Positions 9,243 through 18,180 of a DNA stretch of 64,000 nucleotides are shown here, one piece after another. Within the stretch, counting starts at the first letter, position 1. Each line of letters opens with the position of its first letter. Made by a program: the position numbers and the translations under genes. The notes under the pieces are model-generated. The model was not told the DNA's origin. It did no database searches and worked only from the letters and a program-made list of their open reading frames with translations. The stretch lies in sequence record OR352955.1; one strand, 5' to 3'. Source of the DNA: Escherichia phage AV125.

Positions 9243-9682
9243 TTCTTCTTTCCTTTCTTTAATTTGTTGTGACCTTTACCCTTATAAAGCTTGTGATTAC
9301 GAGCAGACGGGTTATTTTGGTTCTCCAGTCGGCTAACAGGTGTATTCCAAAGGTTTCCTGCTACAAAAGATGCTGCCACAAGTTCTTCCAGGTATACAAA
9401 ATCCAAAACAGGTATCTTTGTTTCCCTCATCTCGCGTTCTACATTAGACAACACGCCTTCTTCCTTACTGTCTTCTTTTTCAATTACAGACCAACCCTCT
9501 TCCTGCCAAGCTTCCCCTCTGAACCAAGTTTCCATGTTATAACCTTGTTCGTCGAGAATAACACCATCTCGCATCTCAAACCATTCGCCACCACAAAAAT
9601 GGCGGTGCTCAACACGTCTACCTTCCTTCATTGCTTCTTTAGCTTCGGGCCAAGTCAGTTTGATGTTTTGGATGTTTTGCAT
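9239..9682 (-). CDS. hypothetical protein (147 aa, lysine-rich C-terminus)
   Basis: ORF track; first gene of minus-strand block. Confidence 0.55.
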   Translation of the reverse strand: MQNIQNIKLTWPEAKEAMKEGRRVEHRHFCGGEWFEMRDGVILDEQGYNMETWFRGEAWQEEGWSVIEKEDSKEEGVLSNVEREMRETKIPVLDFVYLEELVAASFVAGNLWNTPVSRLENQNNPSARNHKLYKGKGHNKLKKGKKK

Positions 9683-9796
9683 TTGTTTTCTCCTTTTGTT
9701 TGGTAGGAGTTGATCTTAACAAGATTAAAAAGTATGTCAATACTTGATCTGAAATTATTTTCAGGTATCATGTATGAACATTAACAAGAGAGGTAG

Positions 9797-10090
9797 ATGA
9801 TGAACATTACTTTAGCAACTAAGAATATTTCTGAAACAATTAACGGTTTTGGTGTGATTGTAGCCTTGCACGGTAACAATGAGAAATGGTTGGCTTCTTT
9901 TGAAGAGGATCGTCAACACAACATTATTTTAGATGCCCCTATAAAAGTTATGCATATCGTTGGTGAAAGCAAAGTGCTCACTTCCTCCCGTTCAAAAGAA
10001 CAAATTACAAATGAATTAGTAAAACTGCTTGACAATGTTCTTAACATGTTTGATAATGCACCCATCGATACAAAACGTGTCTTAATGTGA
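9797..10090 (+). CDS. hypothetical protein (97 aa)
   Basis: GAGGTAGA before ATG; first gene of plus-strand block. Confidence 0.55.
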   Translation: MMNITLATKNISETINGFGVIVALHGNNEKWLASFEEDRQHNIILDAPIKVMHIVGESKVLTSSRSKEQITNELVKLLDNVLNMFDNAPIDTKRVLM

Positions 10091-10102
10091 GAGGAGAACA
10101 AA

Positions 10103-10390
10103 ATGTACTATTCACAAGACGAAGTAGCAAACATTAAACTGGCAGTGGGAGATCTTATTGTGTCACCTAACTACTATTGGGATAACACAGATTTGGTTGA
10201 AGTAGTAACCCATGTTGGAGTTGAAGGTATTGTGCTCTACACACTAGGTGGAGGTGTTGTTGGGGAAATGGAACGTTATACGACAACGAAGAAACTGGTA
10301 AGCTCTTATCACATGTTTTTACACCAAGGTTCGGAAGAGTATACAGCTTTCTTGTTGAAATTAGATGCAGATCGGGAGAAGGCACGATGA
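10103..10390 (+). CDS. hypothetical protein (95 aa)
   Basis: GGAGAACAAA-ATG. Confidence 0.55.
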   Translation: MYYSQDEVANIKLAVGDLIVSPNYYWDNTDLVEVVTHVGVEGIVLYTLGGGVVGEMERYTTTKKLVSSYHMFLHQGSEEYTAFLLKLDADREKAR

Positions 10391-10743
10391 AAATTGTACA
10401 CGATGAAATTCAAATAGAAGAAAGTGACCTGATGGATTTGGATGCAGCTTTGGGGAAGGTAATCTATGCAGGAATTAAAGCCTTCCGTGAGAAGGCAAAC
10501 AATAGCACGTTTGTCATGATCCCCACTAAACTGATGCGTGTTTTGTATCCAAATAGAAGTGCGCCGTATACAGATGAAGAAGAGGAGACAGGTAGAAGAG
10601 AGTGGTTAAATATTTTAGAAAAGATGGAGAATGCTTTTATTGATAGTGGTAATCCAGAAATCGTGTATGCTGAAGATCAAAGGAAGGCACGGTTAGAGGG
10701 CCGTCTTTTATTCGCTAGTTATTTTGATAATCTTTGGAGCTAA
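10387..10743 (+). CDS. hypothetical protein (118 aa)
   Basis: ATGA overlap with upstream gene. Confidence 0.55.
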   Translation: MKIVHDEIQIEESDLMDLDAALGKVIYAGIKAFREKANNSTFVMIPTKLMRVLYPNRSAPYTDEEEETGRREWLNILEKMENAFIDSGNPEIVYAEDQRKARLEGRLLFASYFDNLWS

Positions 10744-10745
10744 AT

Positions 10746-10922
10746 ATGTCTGAATTCTTCACAATGGCTTTCTTAGGGATCTATCTGATTATTAGTGCTG
10801 TTGGCTTAATCATGTCTCTAATAGAGGAAATGGGAATTAAGTGGAATTGTGCATTCGGTATAGCTCTTATGCTCACTCCAGTTTGGATCTACATTTGCAA
10901 ATCGGTTGAACTAATTGGTTAA
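10746..10922 (+). CDS. small membrane protein (58 aa)
   Basis: Hydrophobic segments; start moved to ATG 10746 just after upstream stop. Confidence 0.4.
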   Translation: MSEFFTMAFLGIYLIISAVGLIMSLIEEMGIKWNCAFGIALMLTPVWIYICKSVELIG

Positions 10923-10932
10923 TGGAGGTAAT

Positions 10933-11271
10933 ATGTTTAGTAAAGAAATGAGAGAGGTGATCGCTACTCTGGTAGTTGATCATGGTGTTGAAGTTGAGCG
11001 TCACGTTTGGAAAGACGAGCCTCCTTTCTTTGATTTGGCATCACGGGCTAAAAGTCACATGTATCTCCTTGAAGATGATAAGGATTTTATTCTGCGTATG
11101 CGTTATGATCGAGAGTTTAGAATTCCTCTTGACACAGATCCTGATGATGTAGTATTGTGGTTGGCAGAGCATTTCGCATTTAACGCTCTACATGGAAGAA
11201 GTTTTGGTAATGAACGTTGGGATACCATTTGTCGTAAACATAATATTGAACCAGAATACGGGAGTATGTAA
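10933..11271 (+). CDS. hypothetical protein (112 aa)
   Basis: Track ORF 10915 (TTG) shortened to ATG 10933 after GGAGGT. Confidence 0.5.
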   Translation: MFSKEMREVIATLVVDHGVEVERHVWKDEPPFFDLASRAKSHMYLLEDDKDFILRMRYDREFRIPLDTDPDDVVLWLAEHFAFNALHGRSFGNERWDTICRKHNIEPEYGSM

Positions 11272-11522
11272 TGTTAAGTATCAAACCTAAAATGATTACT
11301 GAAGATCAAAAAGATTACATTTATAAATGTGGTCGGGTGTGGAAAGAATACACTAAAGGTAATGAAGTTATTGTAGTTACGGAACATGCTATTTCTTTAT
11401 CAGATCTTTTTGGTGATTATTTGCAAGTCATTAAAATTGGTATTGACAGAGGTTTGGTGCAGGTGTTAACATTATCCCAAGTTGAAGCAGAACACTTAGA
11501 CAAAATCATTGTCGAGTTCTAA
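11271..11522 (+). CDS. hypothetical protein (83 aa)
   Basis: TAATG overlap with upstream gene. Confidence 0.5.
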   Translation: MLSIKPKMITEDQKDYIYKCGRVWKEYTKGNEVIVVTEHAISLSDLFGDYLQVIKIGIDRGLVQVLTLSQVEAEHLDKIIVEF

Positions 11523-11710
11523 GAGGAGAAAGAATATGATCTCTTTAGAATCAATAGCTTTTAAGAAGGGGGTATACCGCAGGGTTCAAGTTTGGTATGT
11601 TTAATAAAGTAAATCCATATTGTCCAATGACACACAAAAAGGAATTCGAAGAATGGGAAGATGGATTTTCTAAAGGCTATCAGGCAAAAGGTTGGTTGTA
11701 AGGAGAGAAT

Positions 11711-11875
11711 ATGATTTTAAACTTCATCATCAACTTGTGTTTGACATTGGGGTTACTCTGTGCAATAGTATCCCCTTTGGTTGGTGAATATTGTTCTGAA
11801 CTGGCGATGTTTATAGTTCTTGGTGCGGCTATTGCTAATATGTTTGTCGCTGCGATTTGTATGTTGTGGGAATAG
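11711..11875 (+). CDS. small hydrophobic membrane peptide (54 aa)
   Basis: Own translation MILNFIINLCLTLGLLCAIVSPLVGEYCSELAMFIVLGAAIANMFVAAICMLWE after AGGAGAGA. Confidence 0.35.
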   Translation: MILNFIINLCLTLGLLCAIVSPLVGEYCSELAMFIVLGAAIANMFVAAICMLWE

Positions 11876-11886
11876 GAGGGAAGTTT

Positions 11887-12243
11887 ATGAAAAAACTAAT
11901 CTTAGCCACATTGCTGGCTACCGTAAGCTTCACCACTTACGCTCAAAAATTTGTAGCAGTTAAAACAGATATTGGTAAAGATGTTGTGATCACAGGCAAC
12001 AAGTTTTACTATACACCTGGGAATGGTGTTCTAGAAGAGTGTAAAGATGTTGAGGCATATACGGGAAAAGAAGATAACACGGAACGTCCTTTTTATTCGA
12101 TTATAGCTACTTGCAAAAATGAAATAGTAGCTATTAAACAATACAAAGATGCCCCTGGAGGAGAATACTTATTAGTCAAGAATATTAAGAGTGAAAAAAC
12201 TGCAAAGTTTACAGTAATTATTTTAAAAGGAGAAACGTTCTGA
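11887..12243 (+). CDS. predicted secreted protein (118 aa)
   Basis: Start ATG 11887 gives signal-peptide-like MKKLILATLLATVSFTTYAQ. Confidence 0.5.
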   Translation: MKKLILATLLATVSFTTYAQKFVAVKTDIGKDVVITGNKFYYTPGNGVLEECKDVEAYTGKEDNTERPFYSIIATCKNEIVAIKQYKDAPGGEYLLVKNIKSEKTAKFTVIILKGETF

Positions 12244-13382
12244 TGAAATACACTATTTTTGGAGATGTAGCTGTTGTAAATAAGGAATATGGCGTTGAAG
12301 CTAATAAACTTCCTGCTGGAGTTTGGGTTGTCAACTGCGATCCGCACGGTAACTACTCTTTAGTGCGTGGTGAAAGTTTCTCTCTTCCGAACACTCTTTA
12401 TGGGGAAACTAAAGATCGCGCCGCACATGTTATTAAAACATTTGCTCGTCGTAGTAAAGAAGGTAAAAATACTGGGGTGTTACTGACAGGGACAAAAGGC
12501 AGTGGTAAGACGATGTTAGCTAAACTAATTAGCATGTCTCTAATGTCCACAGAAGGTTTAGGTATTCCAACCATTTTGGTTACACAGCCTTACACAGATG
12601 CTGGCTTCTTAGAATTTATGAGTAAAATTACAGATCGTGCTGTTGTTTTATTTGACGAATTTGATAAAGTGTACGCTAAGAAAGAAGATCAGGAAGCACT
12701 GTTGACCTTGTTGGATGGAACAGGAAGTGGGAATAAACTTTACATCCTCACTAAAAATAGTGGTTATATCTCGGAATATTTTGTAAACCGTCCTAGTCGT
12801 ATCTACTACAGTTTCAATTACGATAAACTGTCTAGTGAAACTATGTTAGATTACTTGGATAAGAACTTGGTAAATAAAAAGCACGTAGATAACTTCCAAC
12901 GTTTATGGGATGTTAGCACAGAGTTGTCTTTCGATGTTATTCAAGGCATTGTAGAAGAATTGAATTTCTATCCAAAAATGACTTTTAAAGAATGTCTTGA
13001 AATGATGGGTATTTCTTTAGGGAACGATGCTAAATGGAATGTGGCTTCTATCGTAGCTAATGGCAAAACCTTGAAGGTGAATTGGATCAATAACTGGCAC
13101 GACTTCACCCCTACTAAGTTTTTGTCGGGTGCTTGTTCCCTGAACATCTATCTACAAAGTTTGAAAGATGATGAAGTGGAAGCAATGGAAACCAACAGTT
13201 ATGTTATCCTGGATGAAGATGGTGATCCACATATTGATCTATGTGCAACGGCTGATGGTCTAACTTGTGATCTGATTGAAGGTGGTAAGATTCTGGTTAT
13301 GAGCACTACACCAGGAAACACTTTGCGAGTGGTGCTGGAGCCTGTAACACAACGTTCCACTACACTTGGTAGCGTGTTCTAA
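12243..13382 (+). CDS. AAA-family ATPase
   Basis: 379 aa; Walker A GTKGSGKT, Walker B VVLFDEFD. Confidence 0.7.
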   Translation: MKYTIFGDVAVVNKEYGVEANKLPAGVWVVNCDPHGNYSLVRGESFSLPNTLYGETKDRAAHVIKTFARRSKEGKNTGVLLTGTKGSGKTMLAKLISMSLMSTEGLGIPTILVTQPYTDAGFLEFMSKITDRAVVLFDEFDKVYAKKEDQEALLTLLDGTGSGNKLYILTKNSGYISEYFVNRPSRIYYSFNYDKLSSETMLDYLDKNLVNKKHVDNFQRLWDVSTELSFDVIQGIVEELNFYPKMTFKECLEMMGISLGNDAKWNVASIVANGKTLKVNWINNWHDFTPTKFLSGACSLNIYLQSLKDDEVEAMETNSYVILDEDGDPHIDLCATADGLTCDLIEGGKILVMSTTPGNTLRVVLEPVTQRSTTLGSVF

Positions 13383-13387
13383 TAAAG

Positions 13388-13412
13388 ATGCCCCGCAAGG
13401 GGCATTTGTTAT
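13388..13412 (+). terminator. intrinsic terminator
   Basis: ATGCCCC-gcaa-GGGGCAT hairpin then TTGTT. Confidence 0.55.
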
Positions 13413-13470
13413 GGAGGGATTTTAGTTATTCTTTTGTTGTAGGCTCGCACTAATAGCTAAAGGGGGAGGT

Positions 13471-14931
13471 GTGCCAAAAATAGTCACTTGGGAACAATAT
13501 AAAACAGATATAAAACAAGCTTATCAAGGTAAGTCTTGGACTGTTGTAGATTATATTGAGCCGTGGAACGGCAATAAAACTAAACTTAGATGCATCTGTG
13601 CTCTGCATGGAGAATGGAAAACAACAAGCATAAATACCGCTAAACTAGGGAGGGGTTGTCCAGAATGCGGTAGGGAGATTATAAGTAAAGCAGTATCTAT
13701 AAACAAATCAAAAACCTGGGAGCAATATAAAGAAGAAGTGCAAACCACTTACAATCAGGCAGGTAAGTTTTGGACTGTTACAGGATGGCACGGAGAATGG
13801 AAAGGATGGAATACTAAACTGGTTTGTTGTTGTGCTTTACATGGGGAGTGGAGGTCTACTTCTATATCTTCTGCGAAAAACGGGAGTGGATGCAGGAAGT
13901 GTATGGGAGAAGCAAACAGAGAAAGAACATCGATTGCATGGGAGAAACATAAAGAAGAAGTAGAAGAAGCTTATAAAGAAAAACCCTGGATTGTTAGAGG
14001 CTATGTGGAACCGTGGAACGGTTCCCGCACTAAGTTGATTTGTGAGTGTAAGGTTCATGGTCAATGGTGCACTACCACTGTAAACAGTGCTAAACAAGGG
14101 ACTGGATGCTACAGTTGTCAAAGAGAAATGACGAAACAAAGGAATACAATGGAGGATAAACAACATGTTGAAGATTTTATAAAAGCTTGTCCTGATAATG
14201 TAGAGCGTAAATATTATCGTAGCGATAGAGTAGATAGATTAGGTCGTCAGGTTTACTGGATTGTAGAATGTCCTATATGTGCAGAGGATGATTATTGTAA
14301 AGAAGGCTTATGCGATAATAAATTTGAGATGAAGATGAGTCATTTGAAAAGGGGTGGCCTTCCTTGCCGTTGTTCTAAATATTATCATTACACTCCTGAA
14401 CAATGGGCCTACCGTATGACCAAAGCTTGCCAGGAACGAGGGGATCAATTTATAGGATTCATTGATAAGGTAAGCAATAACAGCAAGTTTAAATATCTAT
14501 GTAGGGAGCATGGAGAGCAAACGATCACACCTACCGATTATCTCAATGGGAAAGGTTGTCCAGGCTGTAAGAACAGAAATATGCAAGAATTTTACATCAA
14601 TATTATTCTTGATGAGTACGGAGAAGACACGGGAGCTTACAAGTTGGGGATTGCAAAGGACAGTGATATCAGGATCAAAGGGCAGAATGCAAACAACAAT
14701 TACTCTATGCGCCGTATAGCATTGTTCGATCTGCCGTCCTACCAAGCTTGCAGGGCGTTAGAGAGTAAGCTAAAGTCTAAGACTGATCAGATTCTACCGT
14801 CTATTGGCTGTGTAGAACGCTTGCACATGAAAGATGGTCATAGTGAAACCTTCCTGCGCGAGGATTTGGCTATCGTCTTAAGTGCTATCAACCAAGCAGG
14901 TGGAATAATGAGAGAGGAGGAAACATGTTAG
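13471..14931 (+). CDS. zinc-ribbon tandem-repeat protein
   Basis: 486 aa; four N-terminal repeats of ~75 aa each with EPWNG..TKL..C.LHGEW..TS....AK.G.GC..C; cysteine-rich C-terminal half. Confidence 0.6.
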   Translation: MPKIVTWEQYKTDIKQAYQGKSWTVVDYIEPWNGNKTKLRCICALHGEWKTTSINTAKLGRGCPECGREIISKAVSINKSKTWEQYKEEVQTTYNQAGKFWTVTGWHGEWKGWNTKLVCCCALHGEWRSTSISSAKNGSGCRKCMGEANRERTSIAWEKHKEEVEEAYKEKPWIVRGYVEPWNGSRTKLICECKVHGQWCTTTVNSAKQGTGCYSCQREMTKQRNTMEDKQHVEDFIKACPDNVERKYYRSDRVDRLGRQVYWIVECPICAEDDYCKEGLCDNKFEMKMSHLKRGGLPCRCSKYYHYTPEQWAYRMTKACQERGDQFIGFIDKVSNNSKFKYLCREHGEQTITPTDYLNGKGCPGCKNRNMQEFYINIILDEYGEDTGAYKLGIAKDSDIRIKGQNANNNYSMRRIALFDLPSYQACRALESKLKSKTDQILPSIGCVERLHMKDGHSETFLREDLAIVLSAINQAGGIMREEETC

Positions 14932-15290
14932 TTGACGTTCAAATTATGCGCAACGAAAGAATGGACTTCTTTGAAGCAGTAGAGAAACATCTGATCAGAT
15001 GGGACTATGAATTTGTTCCTGCTGGATGTGGACCAGTAGAGCATTTAGCGGAAGACGACGATGTATACATGATCATTCGTCAAGTGTACCAGACAGACCA
15101 GTGTGAAGAAACTCCCGAACTGATTTTGTTTGAGTGTAAAGATCTTGCAAAATATTTTGACTATGGCGGAAAAGAGGGTCATAATCTCTCCAGATACAAT
15201 AAACGTCTACTTATCTTAGACTACATGCGGAACAACAAACACAAACTCATCGACGCAGACGCAGTTTATGGCTACTGGTGGATGGACTAA
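14925..15290 (+). CDS. hypothetical protein (121 aa)
   Basis: GGAGGAAAC-ATG; overlaps upstream stop. Confidence 0.55.
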   Translation: MLVDVQIMRNERMDFFEAVEKHLIRWDYEFVPAGCGPVEHLAEDDDVYMIIRQVYQTDQCEETPELILFECKDLAKYFDYGGKEGHNLSRYNKRLLILDYMRNNKHKLIDADAVYGYWWMD

Positions 15291-15303
15291 CAAAGGAGAA
15301 ACT

Positions 15304-15483
15304 ATGGCACGTTTAGCAGATCATGAAATCTTTAAACCTATTCTGAACCACTATGATGAACTTAAAGCAGTGTTGGATTGTTATAGAGAGGATGAAGAAC
15401 GTTTGGAAGTCAATCTTAAGATAGTTCTGATGAAAGCTTTTCAAGACGGGCAAGCTAAAGTTTTAGAAGGCATGAAAAAATGA
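15304..15483 (+). CDS. hypothetical protein (59 aa)
   Basis: Track ORF 15268 shortened to ATG 15304 after AAGGAG. Confidence 0.4.
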   Translation: MARLADHEIFKPILNHYDELKAVLDCYREDEERLEVNLKIVLMKAFQDGQAKVLEGMKK

Positions 15484-16022
15484 GAATAACTGATGAATAT
15501 GTATTCTTCTTTTCACATAAAGATGTGTTTAGTAATTGGTATATTGCACCCTTTACAGAAACTGAACCAGGTTACAATGAGACTTTCTGTTGTGTTGAGC
15601 AATATATGATGTGGCGTAAGGCTTTGCTGTTCAAGGATCATGCGATTGCAGCAGCTATCCTTGATCACTCAACTATACGTGACAACGAGAGGAAACAAGC
15701 ATACTACAAACGTATGGGTCGAGCGGTATCTGGTTTTAATAATGATATGTGGGAAGAGAACCGTGAGCGTATTGTTATGCGAGGCTTATGCTTGAAATAT
15801 GTACAGAATCCAGATTTGTATGCAGACTTACACCTTTACCAATACAAAACGTTTGTTGAAGCAAGTCCTTACGATAAGGTTTACGGTATTGGAATGGGAA
15901 TGTATGAACCAGGGGTGCTAAACCCTGCTACCTGGAAAGGGCAGAATCTTTTAGGCAAATATCATAATAAACTGATCGAAATACTTTTCCCAGACAAAAT
16001 ACCGCAAAGACGATATTTGTGA
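15480..16022 (+). CDS. NADAR-family (YbiA-like) protein, putative ADP-ribose/N-glycoside hydrolase
   Basis: 180 aa; FFFS..SNW...PF...EQYMMWRKALLF.D....VMRGLCLKYVQNP.L...L..T....LVEASPYDKVYGIG pattern matches NADAR/YbiA fold as remembered. Confidence 0.6.
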   Translation: MRITDEYVFFFSHKDVFSNWYIAPFTETEPGYNETFCCVEQYMMWRKALLFKDHAIAAAILDHSTIRDNERKQAYYKRMGRAVSGFNNDMWEENRERIVMRGLCLKYVQNPDLYADLHLYQYKTFVEASPYDKVYGIGMGMYEPGVLNPATWKGQNLLGKYHNKLIEILFPDKIPQRRYL

Positions 16023-16265
16023 TATTTTAACTTTTTTCATTTTTAGAACAAAGGTGTCACTTTGTAGCACAGAAATAAGGCTCCTACAGCACCGTAGAGA
16101 GCCTGTTATTTTGTCCTATACAAACCCTTGTCTTTTTCAGTTTGCATCACTAAGATTCGATCTGAGTGGGTTCCTGAAGGTTTACCAATAAGATTAAAGG
16201 TTATATCAAATTCCCACTATCTTTTATCTCAAAAATCCCTCAAATTATTTAAACTTTTTAAGAAT

Positions 16266-16450
16266 TTACAAAAGTGAAAGTTGAAAACCAAAATTTAAAG
16301 TTTAGGAAAATTATCTTAAAATGTCAGATACAAAACAAAACTCAAAAGTCAAGGAAAATTTTAAAAATTTTGCGCGCCCACAGTATTTAAAGTTTTTTTG
16401 CTTTTACAAAAATGAAAGTACAAAAGCAAAATTTAAAGTTTACAAAAATT
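16266..16450. repeat. AT-rich direct repeats (iteron-like), 2 full copies of ~48 bp plus partial copy
   Basis: TTTACAAAAgTGAAAGT...CAAAATTTAAAGTTTAggAAAATT at 16266-16313 and 16403-16450; partial AAAGTCAAGGAAAATTTT at 16346-16364. Confidence 0.6.
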
Positions 16451-16465
16451 TTTATGCAGGTGAAA

Positions 16466-16580
16466 ATGAGAAGAGTTCTCATATGGAAATGCAAATGATA
16501 ATGATTCGCATTTAAGTTTATAAATGAGATTGATTCTTATTTAATAAGGTAAATGACAATCATTCTCATTTAGAGAATGA
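16466..16580. promoter_or_regulatory. cluster of operator-like inverted repeats built on half-site ATGAGAA/TTCTCAT
   Basis: ATGAGAA-gag-TTCTCAT (16466-16482); 27-bp near-palindrome AAATGCAAATGATAATGATTCGCATTT (16487-16513); CATTCTC-attta-GAGAATG (16561-16579). Confidence 0.5.
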
Positions 16581-16799
16581 CGCGCAGGGGCGGTGTTTGT
16601 CTCGCGCTCCCGTGTCCCCTCGCCATGTAATAAGAATAACAGATCCAGCCAGGAAAGCAAGCGATTATTTTATCTTTACATTTCTTTACAAATATATAGC
16701 ACCCAGCCTACCGGCGATCAACCTTCCAACCAGTGCCCCCTGGTATGTTAGCCCCGCCTTTACGCCGTGGGGTGGCGCTTCCTCTTCTGTATGTAAAAC

Positions 16800-16828
16800 A
16801 GTATAAGCCCGATCCCTGGGCTTGTCAA
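16800..16828 (-). promoter_or_regulatory. sigma70-type promoter on minus strand, no obvious downstream ORF
   Basis: rc reads TTGACA (16828-16823) - 17 nt - TATACT (16805-16800); reads leftward into GC-rich segment. Confidence 0.45.
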
Positions 16829-16830
16829 GA

Positions 16831-17097
16831 TTATTTTTTGTTTTCTTGCCAGGATAGGACACCTAACCAAAAATACATATCGCCCCGCGCCCCTGGTGGT
16901 ATCTTGCTTTCCCCGCCGCCACTGCAAGCCCATAGATAACCATTTGCGAACGTATCAAAATGATCTATCTCTTCCACCTTATGATCGCCCAGGTTGAGAA
17001 CGGTTTCAACCTTTAAGCCCGTTGCGCTTGCTACCTGGTGCACCGTGCCGCCTTGCCAGCCCAATGAGTGCATAAGGTGTAATGTAGTATTTGTCAT
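16831..17097 (-). CDS. small hypothetical protein (88 aa) inside a GC-rich insert, antisense to flanking genes
   Basis: ORF track; GC-rich codons (GGC, GCG, CAG) unlike surrounding AT-rich genes. Confidence 0.4.
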   Translation of the reverse strand: MTNTTLHLMHSLGWQGGTVHQVASATGLKVETVLNLGDHKVEEIDHFDTFANGYLWACSGGGESKIPPGARGDMYFWLGVLSWQENKK

Positions 17098-17205
17098 GAT
17101 ATCGCCCTTTCTTTGTTGTGCGCCCTGGTTGGCGCGGTAGAAAGATAATAGCCCTTTTCTTTATATATAGCAAGCAAAAAGAAAATAAAAAAGATTGAAA
17201 AATGG

Positions 17206-17263
17206 TTGACGTTAACCAGGCGGCGGCGTAGTATTCATCTTGTAGGGCGGCAATGGTGCCGCT
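17206..17263 (+). promoter_or_regulatory. early promoter + leader stem-loop cassette 1
   Basis: TTGACG 17206; -10 TAGTAT 17229; hairpin GCGGCA-atgg-TGCCGC 17246-17263. Confidence 0.55.
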
Positions 17264-17283
17264 CACTATTTGGAGTTAAGATC

Positions 17284-17481
17284 ATGGCAACATTGCACAT
17301 TGTGGCGAAAGCTGGACAAATCAACGTAGTGGTAAACGGTTTTACTGAGTTCAGTCACCCCCAGGATGATCATGAAACGGTTTTATCTTTCATTGATTCC
17401 CTGTTAGAAATGGGAGTCATTACAGAAGACCAGCACGCTACAAAATGCAAGCGCGTTAATCAAATTGCAGGAATAGAATAA
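17284..17481 (+). CDS. small early protein (65 aa)
   Basis: Start moved to ATG 17284 after GGAG; track start 17206 is TTG of -35 box. Confidence 0.5.
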   Translation: MATLHIVAKAGQINVVVNGFTEFSHPQDDHETVLSFIDSLLEMGVITEDQHATKCKRVNQIAGIE

Positions 17482-17487
17482 AAAGTA

Positions 17488-17547
17488 TTGACAACAAACA
17501 ACAACCTGATAAGATGTATCACATAGGGCGGCGGAATGGTCCACCGC
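17488..17547 (+). promoter_or_regulatory. early promoter + leader stem-loop cassette 2
   Basis: TTGACA 17488; TAAGAT 17510; hairpin GGCGGCGGA-atgg-TCCACCGC. Confidence 0.55.
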
Positions 17548-17572
17548 TCACAACAGAAGAGAGATTATCATC

Positions 17573-17845
17573 ATGGCATCATATAGCGCAACAATGATCG
17601 TAGCTGGCACCACTGGTAAACCTATGCGCGGTGGCGGATCTTTCGCTAATATCAATATTGACGGGCGTTTATCCCTGGACGCAGCGATCACCGTGGCGCG
17701 GGAAACATTTAAGAAAGAATGTAAATTCAATAAACAAGATTATCTCGGTTTTGCTATTGAAAAAACCGCGCGCTTTGTTGATTATAAAAGCCCGAAAATG
17801 GTTGACACTACATTAAAAGCGCAAGATGTAGCGTTTTTGTTTTAA
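17573..17845 (+). CDS. small early protein (90 aa)
   Basis: ORF track; AGAGAGA upstream. Confidence 0.5.
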   Translation: MASYSATMIVAGTTGKPMRGGGSFANINIDGRLSLDAAITVARETFKKECKFNKQDYLGFAIEKTARFVDYKSPKMVDTTLKAQDVAFLF

Positions 17846-17848
17846 GGC

Positions 17849-17904
17849 TTGACATTAACGAATAATTTGTTAATATGTTACATAAAGCGGGAATAGTTCC
17901 CGCT
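17849..17904 (+). promoter_or_regulatory. early promoter + leader stem-loop cassette 3
   Basis: TTGACA 17849; TAATAT 17871; hairpin GCGGGAA-tag-TTCCCGC. Confidence 0.55.
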
Positions 17905-17921
17905 ATTTGTAAGGTGGTAGA

Positions 17922-18179
17922 ATGTTTTACATCAAATTAAAAGGTCACGTGATCGCGTTCAAAGATAACGCTTTTTACAGATTAGCAAAATATGCGTTAA
18001 TACATCCCCACTATGTTTATATAAGGGGGCGTGATGAAATAAATATCTTTGATCAAACAACATGCGAGAACATCGAGATCCGCAAGGTTGGCGTACGTGA
18101 TTATCGTACATCTTTCTACCCTTGCAAGGATTCAGCAAGTCTTTTTAAAGTATGCCAATTGTTGAAAAAAGGTGGTTAA
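17922..18179 (+). CDS. small early protein (85 aa)
   Basis: ORF track. Confidence 0.5.
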   Translation: MFYIKLKGHVIAFKDNAFYRLAKYALIHPHYVYIRGRDEINIFDQTTCENIEIRKVGVRDYRTSFYPCKDSASLFKVCQLLKKGG

Positions 18180-18180
18180 T

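Noticed and set aside
16266-16450. Possible CRISPR array from the AT-rich direct repeats
   Set aside because: Only two full and one partial imperfect copies, AT-rich, irregular spacing and no cas genes; better explained as iteron-like repeats.
16466-16513. Calling the palindromes host Fur boxes
   Set aside because: Only a partial resemblance to the Fur consensus core; the shared half-site ATGAGAA/TTCTCAT could equally be a phage repressor operator, so kept as operator-like only.
17206-17283. Track ORF starts inside promoter/hairpin sequence (17206, 22567, 23418, 23755, 26437 and similar)
   Set aside because: These starts are the TTG of the -35 box or the ATG inside the hairpin loop (aATGGt); a downstream ATG with AGAGAGA-type ribosome-binding site is the consistent start across cassettes.
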